Part shown: positions 12,910-26,737 of the stretch, in pieces
Layout: every line of letters begins with the position of its first letter
How positions within the stretch are numbered: position 1 is the first letter of the stretch
The notes under the pieces: model-generated
What the model saw: the letters and a program-made list of their open reading frames with translations, nothing else
What the model was told of the DNA's origin: nothing
Database searches by the model: none
Made by a program: the position numbers and the translations under genes
Assembly (NCBI GenBank): GCA_964188305.1
Contig: OZ076893.1
Length of the DNA stretch: 64,000 nucleotides
Origin: Podarcis bocagei
Lineage: Eukaryota
Strand: one strand, 5' to 3'

Positions 12910-15900
12910 ATGTTCTTGGTTTACTGGGTTTCTTTTTTAATGTGTGTGCTCTGGGGGGGGAAAGCTTTTTTTCAGGCAAAAGCTGTTTCACTACATTGAC
13001 TAACTCTTGAAGAACACTGCACTTGGGACTTACCATAAACCTCAGACTTCACAGTTTTTCACTGTTCCTTTCAAATATGTCTCATATTTCTGTCCCAAAC
13101 CTCTAGAGGAAGATAACTTTGTGTATTAAGAATGCGATGCATTACATTTCACATAACTCACACAGTTAGCCTACGTTTGTGAAATAAATCAAATAATAAG
13201 ACCCATTATCCAGTGTGATGTGATCATTCTCTGAAAGCTGCAATTTTCTATTGTAATGCATACCTGCAGAAGGCCAAAGTTAAAGCTGCTTTGGGGGCCA
13301 TAATTCTACTTTTCTTGACTTCTGTGGATTTAAGTCAGAACATTAGGGCTCTATTAACATTGCCTTCAGTATTATATTTGCATTTGACACTCAAACCCAT
13401 GGGGGGGGGGATCCTAGAAATTTAAGGCTTGACAGGATTGATTACCTGAGGTCCACCAAGAATAATGGGTGGCACACACTATATATAACTTTCTGCTGCT
13501 GCTTTAAAAATGGAAAACAAAACACCCAAATGTCTTGCACTACAACTTGCAACATATTCTGGTAAAAAGTCTACCACATTAGCATAGTGAAAATAAAGTT
13601 TGATGCTACATCAATTAATCTGGAAGAAGTCTCTTATGTTCCCTCCATTCTTTCTTTCCTCATCTACTATGCCCTCCTGCCTTTCCTCCTCTGTGACAAA
13701 CCATAGTTTGCCTTATATCAAAATGGGCAAGCTATGGTTTACAGTCACCTTGCCAATAAGGATTGCAAAACAATTTCTAATCTTTATTGCGGTCCAACGA
13801 CCCATAACATGGCTTCAGAATAAAAGACAGATTCATACAGACAACCCCCCAAGGAAGGGAGACCGAAGTGTTATTTGTTTAGTCATGGGTATGTTGATCT
13901 TTGATTCGTATGACTACTGAGAGAAACTTTGCCACGGCTGCTGTGATATCATTGGACTTGTCCAGAAAATATTGGATGGTAAAACAGTGTCTGATCCTGG
14001 TTTGCAATCCCTGTATGTAGGGCAGGTGCAAAGCTATTGTTTGTGAGTTTGGATGTAACAGAAAACTATGCTACAAACCAAGAAGGCACGGAAGAAATGA
14101 CAACATGCTGCAAGAAGAGAAGGGAGTGCTGGAGGCCAAAGTGTCTTCCAAGTCATTCATGCAGCACAAAGCCATGATTGTGGCATTATTTCTGAACTAA
14201 ACCTTATAACTCAGTGTGCATTTCAGAGCTACAGTGTAGGGATGGAGCTTAAGAGTAGAAGGTCAAGATGGGTCACACAAGACCCCATAACACTATGTAT
14301 TGCTCAATGCAAGAATGAAAACAGTGACCATTTCCTGATCTCCTCTGCACTTGTCCAAAACTTGTGGCAGATTTGGTGAAGGCGATCAGAATTTGAAGAG
14401 TAAGATTCTGAAAGTTGGGAACCACCACATTTAATCTGAATTCTGTTTCTAGTGGATTTCAGAGACACGTTGATGTGACCTCATTCTGAAAAACAAAACA
14501 AAACTTCTGTAAAATATATACTAAAATATATGTAAAATTGCACCCATGCTTACAGTAGTTTCATACAGTAAATGTTAAGGAAGCTCAGACAACCATAAAG
14601 GAGGGCTCCTCTGGAGCAGGCTTAGTTTCACTGTAAGGATGTAATACAGCTCCATCCTGTGCAAAGTCATAGCTATAATAAGAATCTTTGCACTCACCAC
14701 AAAAATCTCATCACCTTTGGGTAGCTCTATTTTTGGAAATTCCTACTTACAGTTGTAATTGACAGAATGTAAAGAGCTGCTTCCCTTGGACACTTTGAGT
14801 CTCCTTTCTCTGAAAGTATCAAATTAAGCATGATTATTAAATATAAGCTCTGTTTGGAATTAAAGTGACCTATGGCACATTACAGCTAAAAATTATAATT
14901 CTGGTCACATTTCGTAGCACTGTGTTGATTCCTTGCTAGATAACTGTGATTTGAACAGCTCACTGTTTGTTAATGATAAGCACACAATAATTTGAAACCT
15001 GAAGTTTTGCTCATGCTTTCTTTGACTTTAGTCACTTTGATTCTCTTGAGAAAGATGTAATGGAGCAGAGAGACCTGGAGTTCATGTGCCAATTCTCCTT
15101 CTTTCCATTTGGCCTATTCTCCAAAGTTAGAAGGAAACTTGCTCCCTGATCTCAGGAACCATCATGCAAAATTTGGTTATGATGTCTTAAAATAGTAAGC
15201 AGACCAACAACTTTCCAAAATCAATGGTAGATAAATGTTTAGCTCAGAGACCGTGCTATCCTGATTAAAGAGCCATCAAGTATATTATCCACGGTCATCT
15301 GGTATCTTACGAAAATGGCTCTGGGTCTATGAAAGCAGACGCAACAATTATGTTGCAATCTTTAAAAATACCTACTAAGAGGGCAAACCCCACCAAATTC
15401 AGTGGGATTTACTTCTGAATAAGCAAACTTAGGGGTTCATCCCTACACCATTAAGATGCTACAGCATTTTGCATTCTTTCTTCTTCAGATTCACATGGGT
15501 AACCTGGAATGCGCCAACTTATTATTGAAGTATTATAAAATATCCTCAGATTCAAAATAGTCTCAATAATAATTTAATTAACAATAAAGCAAAATGGTTG
15601 ACTGCCTACTAACACCTTTAATTGCTTAACACAACCAGAATAGTATATCTCTCTGCTTCCTCCAATTTGAGATGTTTTGTACTCTGGACAGGACAGGGAC
15701 GCACATGCACGTTCTGCCTCCAAAATTGATAAGTGGCTGCTTAGAATTTAAGCTTAAATCTTTGCACGATTAGCACAAAGTTCTGAAGTGAGTATTTAAG
15801 TGAGTGTGATTTGGCATGCTTAGAAACCTCTCTGCAAGCAATAACCCTGGTTTAGAGTTATTTAGGGTATAGGATCACAAACAGAGCTTCTGAGTATCTT

Positions 15901-16044
15901 AAAAACATGAACACCTGAACTTAGGTAATGGTAAAGGCCAATTTGTCTGTCTTTTATTGGGAGTCAGAAAGGTTATTCTTCCCCTCCTAATCAGTCGTAA
16001 CACATGATGTAATGAGACTTCAACTTTGTATTGATTTACAACAT

Positions 16045-16165
16045 GGATTGGGAACCTCCAGATGATGTTGCATGTCAACTCACACTTGCCTCACAACATG
16101 CCCAAAGGTCAGGGATGATGGGAGCTCCAGTCCAACAACATCTGTAGGGTCACAGGTTTCTCATC
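16045..16165. mobile_element. Short palindromic hAT MITE (family of 37407-37542), degenerate
   Basis: ctccagatgatgttg ... ggatgatgggagctccagtccaacaacatctg. Confidence 0.6.
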
Positions 16166-16496
16166 ATTGACTTATAAGAATGAGAAAGAAGAGGCAAACA
16201 TGAGCTCTCTAGTTTTATGCTTCCAGAATATGTATTATGTGAACTAAACTATGAAATTAAGGACAAATTAGAGGGCTCAAAATTGCATTAATCTGTTGTA
16301 GATTCAGATTGTGTGCTCTGGATGACCAGGTTTATTGAACATCCATCCAGATTTTATGGCACAAAGCATACACAGAGGTTAGGCTTTGACATGTCTCCAT
16401 TGAACATTTGTTCTGAATTGTTTGTGGTCCGTTGATGCATCAATGAGCACTCATCCCAATTTGCTTGTGGTGTGTTTATATGTCTTTTTTCAGGGC

Positions 16497-17088
16497 TGTC
16501 GGGCAGGCAGGATCATCCACAGGTCGGCTTGAAGACTTGAGACCCAATGTGAAGTCAGCTTTTTTATTCAGAAAAGGAAAACACAGCAGAGTTCACCTAG
16601 GCTCAACTGCCCTAGTTGAAGACGCTGCTGGAACTGTCATCGGGCTCCTCCTTCTAGTCCTCTGCCTCTGGACTCCTCCCAAGCAAATGTAAACTATGGC
16701 AAGGAAGAGGGACCCCCGTCTGGGCTGGGCTGGCCTGTTGCTCAGAAACGTGCAACGCTCTTCATGATCTTGGTGTCATTGGGGAGAGGAGCTCACTGTA
16801 AACTAACTGGCCAGTTGCTGTGAAACTGAGGCAGCAGCTGGCTCCTCTCTGTCAGAGTCTGCACTCAAACCGAGACCCTCGGCATCCCACTGTGTCCTGG
16901 AACGGCTTCCTTCTTTTAACTCCCTGGGTTTACTCAAGCCTCCTACTTCTATCACCTCCCAGCTTGCCTCCTCCTCAGAACTGTCCTCAGTGTCCCACCA
17001 CCAATATCCTGGGTCTAAGTCTTCTTCCTCTGTGTCATCCCGGGGCTGGTTCCTCCCTCCATTCTTTGTCATCCAGCCAGTCCTGACA
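16497..17088 (-). mobile_element. Probable solo LTR (592 bp)
   Basis: TG...CA termini with imperfect inverted ends TGTCGGGCAGGCAGGAT / ATCCAGCCAGTCCTGACA; AATAAA on the minus strand at 16563-16568 near the 3' end; no TSD seen. Confidence 0.55.
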
Positions 17089-20000
17089 TCTTCATGTTAA
17101 TCATACATTCACCCCCACACTTTTCAGCACATTTCCCCATGTTTTGCTTCACAATAAGACATTTTTAAAATAAAAAAGTGGATTTGTTGCATCAGAAAGA
17201 CAGAGTGCTTTAACCCACCTTTACAAATCTAAATTTATGGTACACACTTGAATTCCTCCTGAAATATAGTCTGAGAGCACTCTAAATTTCCTCAAGCATG
17301 TTAAACATGACAGACTAACTCCACCTGCAAAAGAAAAGGAACAATATGATTGACCACTTTAGGAAAGAGGATGCTCGGTTATATAGGCCCCTGGTCTGTT
17401 CTGGAGCTGTGTGCACAAGACCTCTCAAAATTCCCCACCAATTTTTCCATAGTGTTGGATGAGAAATATAGCAAATGTGTCTTGTGGGTGGGGATCGCTA
17501 TTAGTACTAGCAATAGCACTGTCTCTTTCTTTTTTCCTAAAGCTCTTCTTTTGTGGGGATGCATCTGTGTTGGCAGCCTGGTCTGCATTTTGCATCCTCC
17601 ACGCTCTAGGCATTGCCTTGGCAGCTCGTGCACACACACACACACGCACACACACACATTTGGGTGGAGAATATGGAGAGAAAATTCTGTGGAATGGCTC
17701 TCCTTTTCTAAGAGGAAGAGAAAGGGGATATTTCAGAATTTTTATGAGAAAAACGTTGTCTGAGAAATATCAGCTCAGGTCTGGTCTGATCCAGCAGGGC
17801 TCTTCTTATGTTCTTAAAATACTGCTGACACCATTTGAATTGTTCCTGATGTGCCTCAGAGATGCAAATACAGCTGCAGCACAAGCTACAGAGTCAAGAG
17901 TGCCTGGCAGTCCATAAAATCTATTTTCACCCCACAGATCACCTGTTTATTCTGTGAGCATAGAGCCACCTCATGACACCTTTCAGGTGACCCCTGTGTT
18001 GTGCTGCAAGAACAAACACTGATTGAGGTGGATCCTTGTTCAGTTTTCACTATTTGCTTGGCCCCTGGCAGGTGAGTCACACAATGTTCCCCTTCATGGC
18101 TGGCTGCAATGCTGAAGGCATCGCAGGATTTTGTGACCTTATGCAGAAGGTGCTGAGCTGAAAGCACCCACCCCTGCCTCCTTTAGCACTTTGGTTGCTT
18201 CCAGTTGCCAACGCTTTATTCAGTGTGATTCTAGAAAATGGTGTGGCATAGCTATCAGTCTTTTGAAATGACTCCTAGGAGAAAAATGCATTTTAAAAAT
18301 AGTTCCATGTTCCACTGAACATGTACCACTTGAGAAACAGACTAGTATCAACACCTGCCCCTCGACAATCAGTTGTTCGCTATTTTCTTCCTCCTGTGCT
18401 AGTTACTTCTCACCTCCTTAATCAAATTGGCATAAATAGGTCAGGAATCCTATGCGTGGGTTTTATTCGGTAACACCTCTTTATCTGTTAATATGTCCCC
18501 AATCCTACCCAATCTTTTTTTACTTTTCCAAGCATCCTGCTCTCATCTCATAATCACTCTTGTTTGATGGTTGCCACTGTGACCCTGATTATAATACTTC
18601 TCTGGTGAAAGACATTTGGTTTCGTTTTAAGCAAAATCACAGATTAAGTGAATTTAGGGGATCTGCCTTGAGTTGTCCAGATGGCAGATTTCAGGGGTCT
18701 ATCCCGAGCACTATAGAACACAACGAGGAAAGCACAGCAATTGCTGCAGGGAGAGGCAGACACTTCCTGTTGTTAGTTTTCTCCAAGGGCATTTCTGCAC
18801 TCCATGTTAGAAGAGCCAGTCATGCTGGCTTCATAATATGCATTTGCCTGGCCTGATCTTTTTCAAATGCGCAAGATGCCCCAAACCTCCACAGACTTCC
18901 GTCTCATTGCAGTGGCAGGGAGAAAGTCTTCTTCCCCTTTGTACCCCAGGCAGTCTTCCTTCTCTCAATGGTGGTGGTGGCATCAGGACACCACCAAAGG
19001 GGGGAAAGAATTTCTCATCATCACCCTTCCCAACACCATGCTGTTGCCACCGAGAGCAGGAAGCCTGCAAGTTCAGATCTTGCTGCAGCTTCTTGTCTTC
19101 CTCTTCCCAGTGTGGGCAATGAGGTGGGCCTTTCCACGCCCTCTCCTAATAAGCAGAACCTGGCCAGAACATAAAGAACCACAGCATGTATGCTGGGGCA
19201 TGCCTCTCTCCTCCTTCTCCCATGCTACATTATCATCAGGGCAGGATGTTTGTTGTTTTGCTGCCCCTCTATCCTGCTGCCTGGGGCATATGCTCCCTCT
19301 TGACCTGTCAGGCCATGGGATTCCTTCCCCACCCTGAAAGTCCCTCTTGGGGTATTTATTGATAATGCCCATGCCAATACCCCCCCTTGGCATAATCTGC
19401 TGCACAGTCCAGAGCAATTGCCCTGTATTTGGGTGAAATCTTCAGCCCTTTGGATCTCTTGCTGTCCTTCATTTAAATGCCATTAAATCTGACATCATCT
19501 TAGTTATAAAACTCCATTTTGGGGAATCTGACTCATCTAGAAGAGAAAAGAGGTTTTTCTCCATTTTAAAAAATGCTATTATCTTCCCTGATTGCTCTGA
19601 GGGTGCCAAGTGGCATTTGGTTTAATTTGATTGTAATATGAAGCAGCCAACTGGGTCTCACTTCTTCTTCTTCTAACTCCCTCTCTGTGCATATTATCTC
19701 CCTACCACAGAACAGGTATGTGATTTCTTCTCTCTCATCCATAGTAAGACATGGTGGTTTTATGTAACCACAAATATCAATGCAAATGTGGAAAGAGGGC
19801 TCTTAGTATGTGAGGAGCCACCAGCCCAGCAGTCTAGCCTGTTGCCTCATTCTCCCATTCCCACCTCAACACCCCACCCGACATATAACAAGATGATGGA
19901 GTGTTCTGCAGCAAGTCTCTTTTGTGAGCTAATCCATTTCATGGTGCATTCCCCTCTGCAAATGACTAATTTTAGTGGCCACAATCTGGTACTCACACAA

Positions 20001-20804
20001 AATAAAATGAGAGAGAGAGAGAGAGAGGGTTCCAGGGATTGATTAGTTGATCTTGCTGCTGGCAGGCTTGACTTATACTGTTGCTCTGCGTGTATTCACA
20101 GCATCAGGCAGAGCTTCAGCTGTTCCAGCTTTGTTTCTCCCTCTCCTCTCCATTCCCTTTACCCTGAAGCATCAGCACTGATTGCAACGGCTGATTGACT
20201 TGGCCAGCAGTGTGAAATATAAAATAACAAAATCTACAGTCTGGCTAGTTGTGTGGATAACAGGCAGCAGCACCAGCTATCTCTCCTGCCTGTGGCTGTG
20301 TCAGCTGAGCCATCCGCACACTCCATTTTGTGTGTGTGCGTGTTTGTACTTGAGTGCTTGTGCTGTAAATTTGCAGGGAAGTCAGGATTGGGACCCAGCA
20401 GGCCTGGTAATTTGCCAGCATTCCTGTTGGGCTAGCAGAATAGCGGTAAAATAAAAAAAGCACATTGACCCAATTTCTTGAATTAAATATACAGTACTAG
20501 CAGTGACAATGAAAGCTGCTCAAGTGTTTGCTCTGTGAATGATTTCCCCTCTGTTTCAAATTGGGCAGTAGAGGACAATGTATTGCAAATGAGCAACTGA
20601 AGAACATTGTGTGAGCCTTCCATTAGGTGTAATGGGGTTTGTTCACCAGACTCCCACAGAGTATCACATTTCCAGATTTTATTATTAGTATCTTCGGGGG
20701 GGGGGATATTTTTCTGTCCTCTTGTCATTTCATTACTGAGCTTTCCGATCCATGGTCAATTCTTGAAGAACATGTGAGGTCTCTGCAGACTGGAGGCAGG
20801 CAAA

Positions 20805-21432
20805 TGTTTTCCCCATCTTGACATCAATATCCGGAAAGGTCCTAGAACAGATAATTAAATGGTTGGTTACAAGCTTGGTGGATCAGGGGAATGCTGTGGA
20901 TATAGTGTATCATGATTTCAACAAGACTTTGACAAAGTCCCCCATAATAGTATTTCAGAGGAGCAGGTAAGATGTGGGCTGGATGACGTAACTGTTAGGT
21001 GGATTTGTAGCTGGTTGATGGACCAAACCCAAGAGTACTCACTAATGGTTCCTCATCAACCTGAAAAAAGTGACAAGTGGGGTGCTGCAGGGTTCTGTTG
21101 TGGACCCATTGTTGTTCAGTGTCTTTATAAATGACTTGGGTGAAGGAATTGAGGAGATGTTCATCAAATTTGCAGAAGGCACCAAACTGAGAGGGGTAGT
21201 TAGTGCCGCAGAAGACAGAATCATGACCTTAACATGTTGGAGAACTGGCCCAAACTAACAAAATGAATTTCAATAGGGACAAATGTAAGGTTCTTCACTT
21301 ACTGTACACAGGAAAAAACAGCAACACAAGTATAAGATAGAGAATGCCTGGCTTGCCAGTAGTACGTGTTAAGAGAATCTAAGGGTCTCAGTAGACCACA
21401 AACTTAGTACCAGTTAAGTGTGATGCAGCAAC
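20805..21432 (+). mobile_element. CR1 LINE reverse transcriptase fragment
   Basis: TSGVLQGSVVDPLLFSVFINDLGEGIEEMFIKFAEGTKLRG; nucleotide similarity to the reverse complement of 7750-8480. Confidence 0.9.
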
Positions 21433-21802
21433 AAAACAAAACAAAACAACGACCACACAAAACACTGTATGAACCTGGCTCTGGCTGTCAGGCTCCTCCT
21501 CTTCCTCAGTGTTGCCTTTATGGAACTAAACAGGGAGGAAGATGAGAACTAATCCAGAATTAGTTGGCTCCACTCTTGCTGCATCTGCTATTGACCTCCC
21601 TACCTTCCGCCATAACAGTTGCTGTGAGCATCCTTTTCCCTTGCTCCTTTGTGAAGTCAACTTCCAAGGCCATCTGCCTCACCACTGTGGGAGAGAATGC
21701 TGGAAGAGACAGAACTTTGGTATGATTCAAAACTTTGATATGAATTCTTGTTTTATTGGATGTCTGAATTGAATCACTGAGAAGTGAGGGCATTCAGTTA
21801 GA

Positions 21803-21932
21803 CCAGCCTTCCCTTACCTGTGGTCCTCCACATGCTGCTGAACTCCAGCTCCCATCATGGCTGACTTTTGTCTATGGTGGCTGGGACTCTTGGGAGCATT
21901 TAGAGGGCACCAGATTGGGGAATGCCGGTTTA
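21803..21932. mobile_element. Short palindromic hAT MITE, degenerate
   Basis: ccagccttccc...ctccacatgctgctgaactccagctcccatcat...gagggcaccagattggggaatgccgg. Confidence 0.55.
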
Positions 21933-22344
21933 GGCAAGGTAAAGTTTGCAATGGATATTTTCTGGGGAAAGCTTATCAGTTTTTATTTAATATAAACATA
22001 TATGATACACATTGTTGTTATGTTATTATTATTTTTAATAGAATGTCTCATTAATTCAGCTTGTCTTATGAATCTACAAGAGCAGACCTGTATGAAAGAC
22101 ACCAGATGGCTGAAATAAATTGTTAAGGGAAATCAATAACTCGGCTCGTGACACATCAATACTTGGGAGGAGATGCATTCTGAATTACAGACTGAAGGGA
22201 CTATTAAAAAATGTCACCTGATCCCAATTTGAAATAACATTTCAATGCTGCTGTTATTTAGCAAGAAACGTGCTAATTGTCAAGAGCTTTTTTCTCTCTC
22301 TCTTTAAGTATCTGATATTTTCCCCTAAGAAAATTAACGTCATC

Positions 22345-22470
22345 CTTAACCTGTGACCCTCTCAGTATTTGCTGGACTACATTTCCCACCCCCCTGGCCA
22401 TTAAGCTGGGTGGGGTTCATGAGAGTGGAGTCCAACAATGCCTAGAGGGTCACAGGTTCCCCACCCTTGA
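22345..22470. mobile_element. Short palindromic hAT MITE, degenerate
   Basis: aacctgtgaccctct...ggactacatttccc / ggagtccaacaatgcctagagggtcacaggtt. Confidence 0.6.
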
Positions 22471-22633
22471 CATGGACTGAGTAGAATGAAGAAGTACTGT
22501 GGTAACTGTGTCCTCCTCATGCTGACCAGGACATATCAGTGAGGTGGGTGCTTGGGAAGGTATGAGATGGAAGAGTTGGTGGGGAAGGCATCTCCCTTTC
22601 AAACTGCAAACAGAAATAAGTGGGGCACGAAGT

Positions 22634-22820
22634 TAGGGATGCCATATTTCAAACAGTGAAATTCAAGTCAGAAAAGTTGTTGATCCAAAATCTACACTTC
22701 CAACATGGGTTGCTATACGTTCAGATTTTCTTGGACATTACAGAGATTTCCGCCCGGACATTGCTTCCGACTGCAGTATTCTGGATATGTCCAGGAAATT
22801 CGGGATGTATGGCAACCCTA
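22634..22820. mobile_element. hAT (Blackjack-like) MITE
   Basis: TIRs TAGGGATGCCATA / TATGGCAACCCTA, with a second internal left-TIR copy gggttgctatacg near 22707; TSD not recognisable. Confidence 0.65.
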
Positions 22821-22827
22821 AAGTGCT

Positions 22828-22999
22828 CAGTGGTGGACCTTGGGGTCTCACATTTCAGCAGCTCCTTGTGGGATGCCAGATTTTGGCACACCCAACCCCC
22901 ACTTCTTGCTTTCAATTCTACATCATAGTTGTGGCACCCCCGAGGCTCCATGCCAGTGCAACCAAACCAGTTGTGCTTTCTCCCCTAAATCCGCCTCTG
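22828..22999. mobile_element. hAT (Tip100-like) MITE
   Basis: Imperfect TIRs CAGTGGTGGACCTTGGGG / CCCCTAAATCCGCCTCTG; flanks aagtgct / aagtact. Confidence 0.55.
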
Positions 23000-23550
23000 A
23001 AGTACTATAGTCGCTTGAACACCTAGGCCCAGGATTCAAGCCACTACACTCTTTGGCTATGAAGCGAAAGTCCACACCTGCCACACTTGTCTCACTGCCA
23101 CCACACACAGGTGCATTCTTTTAGAATTTGTGGCATATAATATCATGTATCATTTGGCCCTAAGTCTAAATGCTGGCATTGCATGCATAACCTTTCCCTA
23201 GCTTATCATAAACAAATAAGATAGCACTTATTTCCTTTTCTTTTATAACCATGCAAACACTCCCCTTGACACTTTTAAATTAAAAATGTGCTACAGATTT
23301 TTTTTATTTTTTATTTTTCAGCCATTTCTTCAGTGTGTGAGAGTAAAAGAAACTCTTCCTGCAATATATTTTCCCCATACTGTATTTGGGAAGGGAGAAT
23401 TGCCCTCACTACTCTTAACCATCCAAAGTGGCCAAGGGATTCCCCCCCCCACCACCACCTTGGTTTCGAAACTTTAAACAAAAGCGCCACACAACTCATG
23501 TGCAAGGCTCTCAGCACAGCTTCCCAGCTGGAAGGAGCACTTTGGGAATG

Positions 23551-24030
23551 ATAAGAATGTAAGAACATAATGCCCATTTGTCCAGCATCCTGTTCTCACA
23601 GTGGTCAACCAGATGCCTGTGGAAAGTTTACAAGCAAAACCTGAGCACAACAGTGCTCTCCCCAGCTGTCATTCCTAGAAACAGCTTCTGAGAGTGGAGA
23701 GAGAACATTGCCACCATGCCTAGTAGCCATGCTTAGCCTTATCCTCCACAAATCTGATTACTCCTCTTTTCAAGGCTTCCAGGTTGGTGACCTCCACTTC
23801 CTCTTCTGGGAGGAAACTCCACAATTTGACTATGCATTGTGTGAGGAAGTACTTTCTTTTGCCTACTCTAAATCTTCCAATATTCAGCTCCATTGGATGC
23901 CCCCAAGTCCTAGTATGAAAGAGGGAGAGAAACGTCTCTCAGTCTACTTTCTCTGTGTACCATACGTAATTGTATACACTTCTTTCATGTCCCCTCTTTC
24001 TCGCGTTTTCTCTAAACGAAAAAGCCCCAA
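23551..24030 (-). mobile_element. CR1 LINE 3' end of a second, distinct family
   Basis: ataagaatgtaagaacataa terminal repeat, tccagcatcctgttctcacagtgg, and an antisense LFSLEKR-type motif (ttttctctaaacgaaaaagcccc). Confidence 0.75.
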
Positions 24031-26646
24031 TACCCGGTCATATCGCATCATGTTGCTCTTCACAAAGTTTGGTCAGCAGTGCAATATTTACCCCACAGGC
24101 TTCCTTCCAGCCATACTTCCTCATGAGACTCAATAGGGAAGCAGCAACAACCCTCAGTACTTGGGAGAGAATTCTCTCCCCCCACCTTGAGAAACAGCAG
24201 GAAATTGTCACGGCTTTGTTTTGGTTTCTGGCAGGGGTTTTTTTTGGCGGGGGATGCGGGGCGGGGCAGTGCTTTTTACCCCATTGTATTTTAAATGGGC
24301 TTTCTGAAATCCACTTATATTTTAATTAATACCTGCAAATGAAAAAGGGACAGGGGCCAAGGATTCCACCCCCCTATGCTGAGGGCAAATTCTCAGGATC
24401 ATTGCAGCATGTGCATCTACCACCATTAGTTGAATTCCACCTCTGGCCTGCTACTGCCAGCTACTGCTCACACAGGTAGCCTGATTCAAAACATTTTACT
24501 TTCACGAGTCATTAAGCTCAATGAGACTTATTTGTGGGCAAATGCGAACAAATATTGAGGACTTGGCATGGTTCCACAAGGTACTCCAAAAAACCTGGAA
24601 CCAGTGAAAGGGGTGGTGGATGATAAATGCTGATGCCTGCTAAAGACACGTGGGAGTACATTTCCTCATGGCTGCTGTTGGCTGAAATGGTTGTGAGAAT
24701 CAGCCCTGATTGAGGTGACGAGTCTAGCAGTATCTTTCCCTGAAGAGCTTTGTTTCATGCTGAGCTTGTGGATGGTTTTGGATAATTTGTCTTTCAGTTC
24801 CACTTTGGCAAAGCGAAAACGATGGTGGAACTCTGGCCAGTTTAGGGTTGGTGGAAGCCAACAGCAGGTTCCTTGGGGGCTTCTTGTCTGGCTGCCAGAA
24901 TCCAAGATTGCAAGATGTTTCTAGGATGCTGGGTTTTGTGCTTTCTGGTTCTGGTGTCCGATACTTTTGATGAAGCTGCTTGTTCAAGGACCACCTGCTG
25001 GTTCTGTTACAGCCACCACCTGTTCATGGGCTTCTCCCTTTCCTCCCATCTGTATAACTCTGACCGAAGAGGAACTATAACCAAGACTTCCAACGCATTC
25101 GAAGCCAAACTTGATAGCACAGCAGAGTCAAATGATGCCAAGAATATGACTGGCTTCATTTTCTTGTAAACACCCCCCACACACACACACTGCTTCATAG
25201 TTTCAGACGTGGACTTGATATATATTCTGGAAAGCATACCCTATCGAGAAAGATATTTCTGGCAAGAAATTCTCACATAAAACTTATTTATATATAGCCA
25301 GAAGAATACTGGGAAAATGCAAGTCATGGCTCATGTTTTTAAATGAGTTTGCTCCAGTCATGTTCCCACCCCTTTCGCAATTTGTATTTGCCTCCCTGAA
25401 TATTCATGCCAACCAATTTGGGTGCTATATAACGTTTATGAAAAGTGGGCTTCAGAAGCACAGTCTGAATATTTTGTGCCAGCCAGGTTGAGTTAATGCA
25501 TCGAGTTCGGAAATGGAAAGGGTGTCATGTGGCATGCCTGATCTCAAGCAACAGGGGAAATGCAATGGGGAATATCAAATTTACATTGGGAACCATTTGT
25601 TGTCCAACCACAGGGCTGTACAGAACTACAGAAAACAGTGGAGTAACAAAATGGCGAGAATAATTTCTGACCAGTTTTATTTTCTAGCTGTTCTTTTTGT
25701 AGAGGGGGAAACCGAGTAAATGTTACAATTCATGCTCAAAATTCTGTATCGTCTCATGAAGGAATGAATCACACTGAAGACATGGACCAGAGTTCTTACA
25801 TGCAGTTACAGCTTATAGATATCAAAAAGGAGGCCCACATTTGCAGTTACAAACGTTTTCAATTCCTTTACAGTGCTGAATGCTTCCAATTTTATACTTC
25901 CTTACTGACATTTTGAAAACGCATGCTTGGGTGATGCCAGGAAAAAGGCGAATGCAAACAAATGCATCTTTGTGATGTTGGAGGGGTCACATATGAGCGC
26001 AAGGCATGTGAACTGCAAGAATGACATATCTCATACATCCAATGCCTTTCTAACATAATAAAGACACACATTTATAGCCATTTCCCTGCATGCATTTCCC
26101 AAAGTTAGGAAACCTAATGCTGTAAGCATCTGACCCCTGTAGAGCTCTTAATGGGAGATGTCCTTGATATATGCATGCTATTGACATTAAGAAAACAGTT
26201 TGTAAAAGCTCTCTCACACAATGGCTACTGCTGGAACAGTCTTTAATTTTTTCCCCTTTTTACTGTTTGAATAACAATACACTTTCGTTCATGAGTATTA
26301 AAAGAGAACGTGGGCTGCATTGCAAAGGTAGCAACTCTTAACTGTGCACAAAACTAGCAACCGATGATATCATTCACAGTGCAGGGAAGAGTTATTTAAT
26401 GTACCAGTCTCAAGGGGCAGTGGTTTCCTCAAAGACTAGTTTGTCAGGAAGCGGTGGCCAAAACTGCTTCACGTCTTACTTTATATTCCGTCTTGAGAGG
26501 GTCATCTACCATAATCAGACACTAGTTTATAGCTGATGGCAGTCAACAGAGACTGAGCTGAACCTTTGCTCTCTTTTAATAATCAACTTGCATACCAATT
26601 TGAAATATCTCACTGGAACCAGTCCAGGTTAAGAACTGTTAAGTCT

Positions 26647-26737
26647 CACTGCAATCCTGATAATACTTTCTGGGAAATCAGCCATTCTGAACTCAATGGG
26701 ATTTGCTTCTAAGTAAACATATTTAGTGTTGGGCTGT
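26647..26737. repeat. Short (~90-bp) palindromic DNA element; related decayed copies near 15352-15435, 35460-35540, 38545-38635 and 58790-58880
   Basis: tgcaatcct ... ccattctgaactcaatggg ... tagtgttgggctg palindromic architecture. Confidence 0.5.

Noticed and set aside
12782-13036. Poly-Leu/Ile/Thr ORFs here and similar ones at 27844-28293, 30916-31225 and 53749-54022
   Set aside because: Translations of trinucleotide microsatellite tails.
18806-19397. Possible LTR or other repeat with several ORFs
   Set aside because: No clear TG...CA termini, TSD or protein motif.
26479-26512. Short minus-strand exon candidates (MVDDPLKTEYK|gtaaga; also a 16-nt one near 15311-15326 and an acceptor near 48600)
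   Set aside because: Splice-like signals of this quality are frequent by chance, the peptides are unrecognised, and they do not assemble into a coherent gene model.
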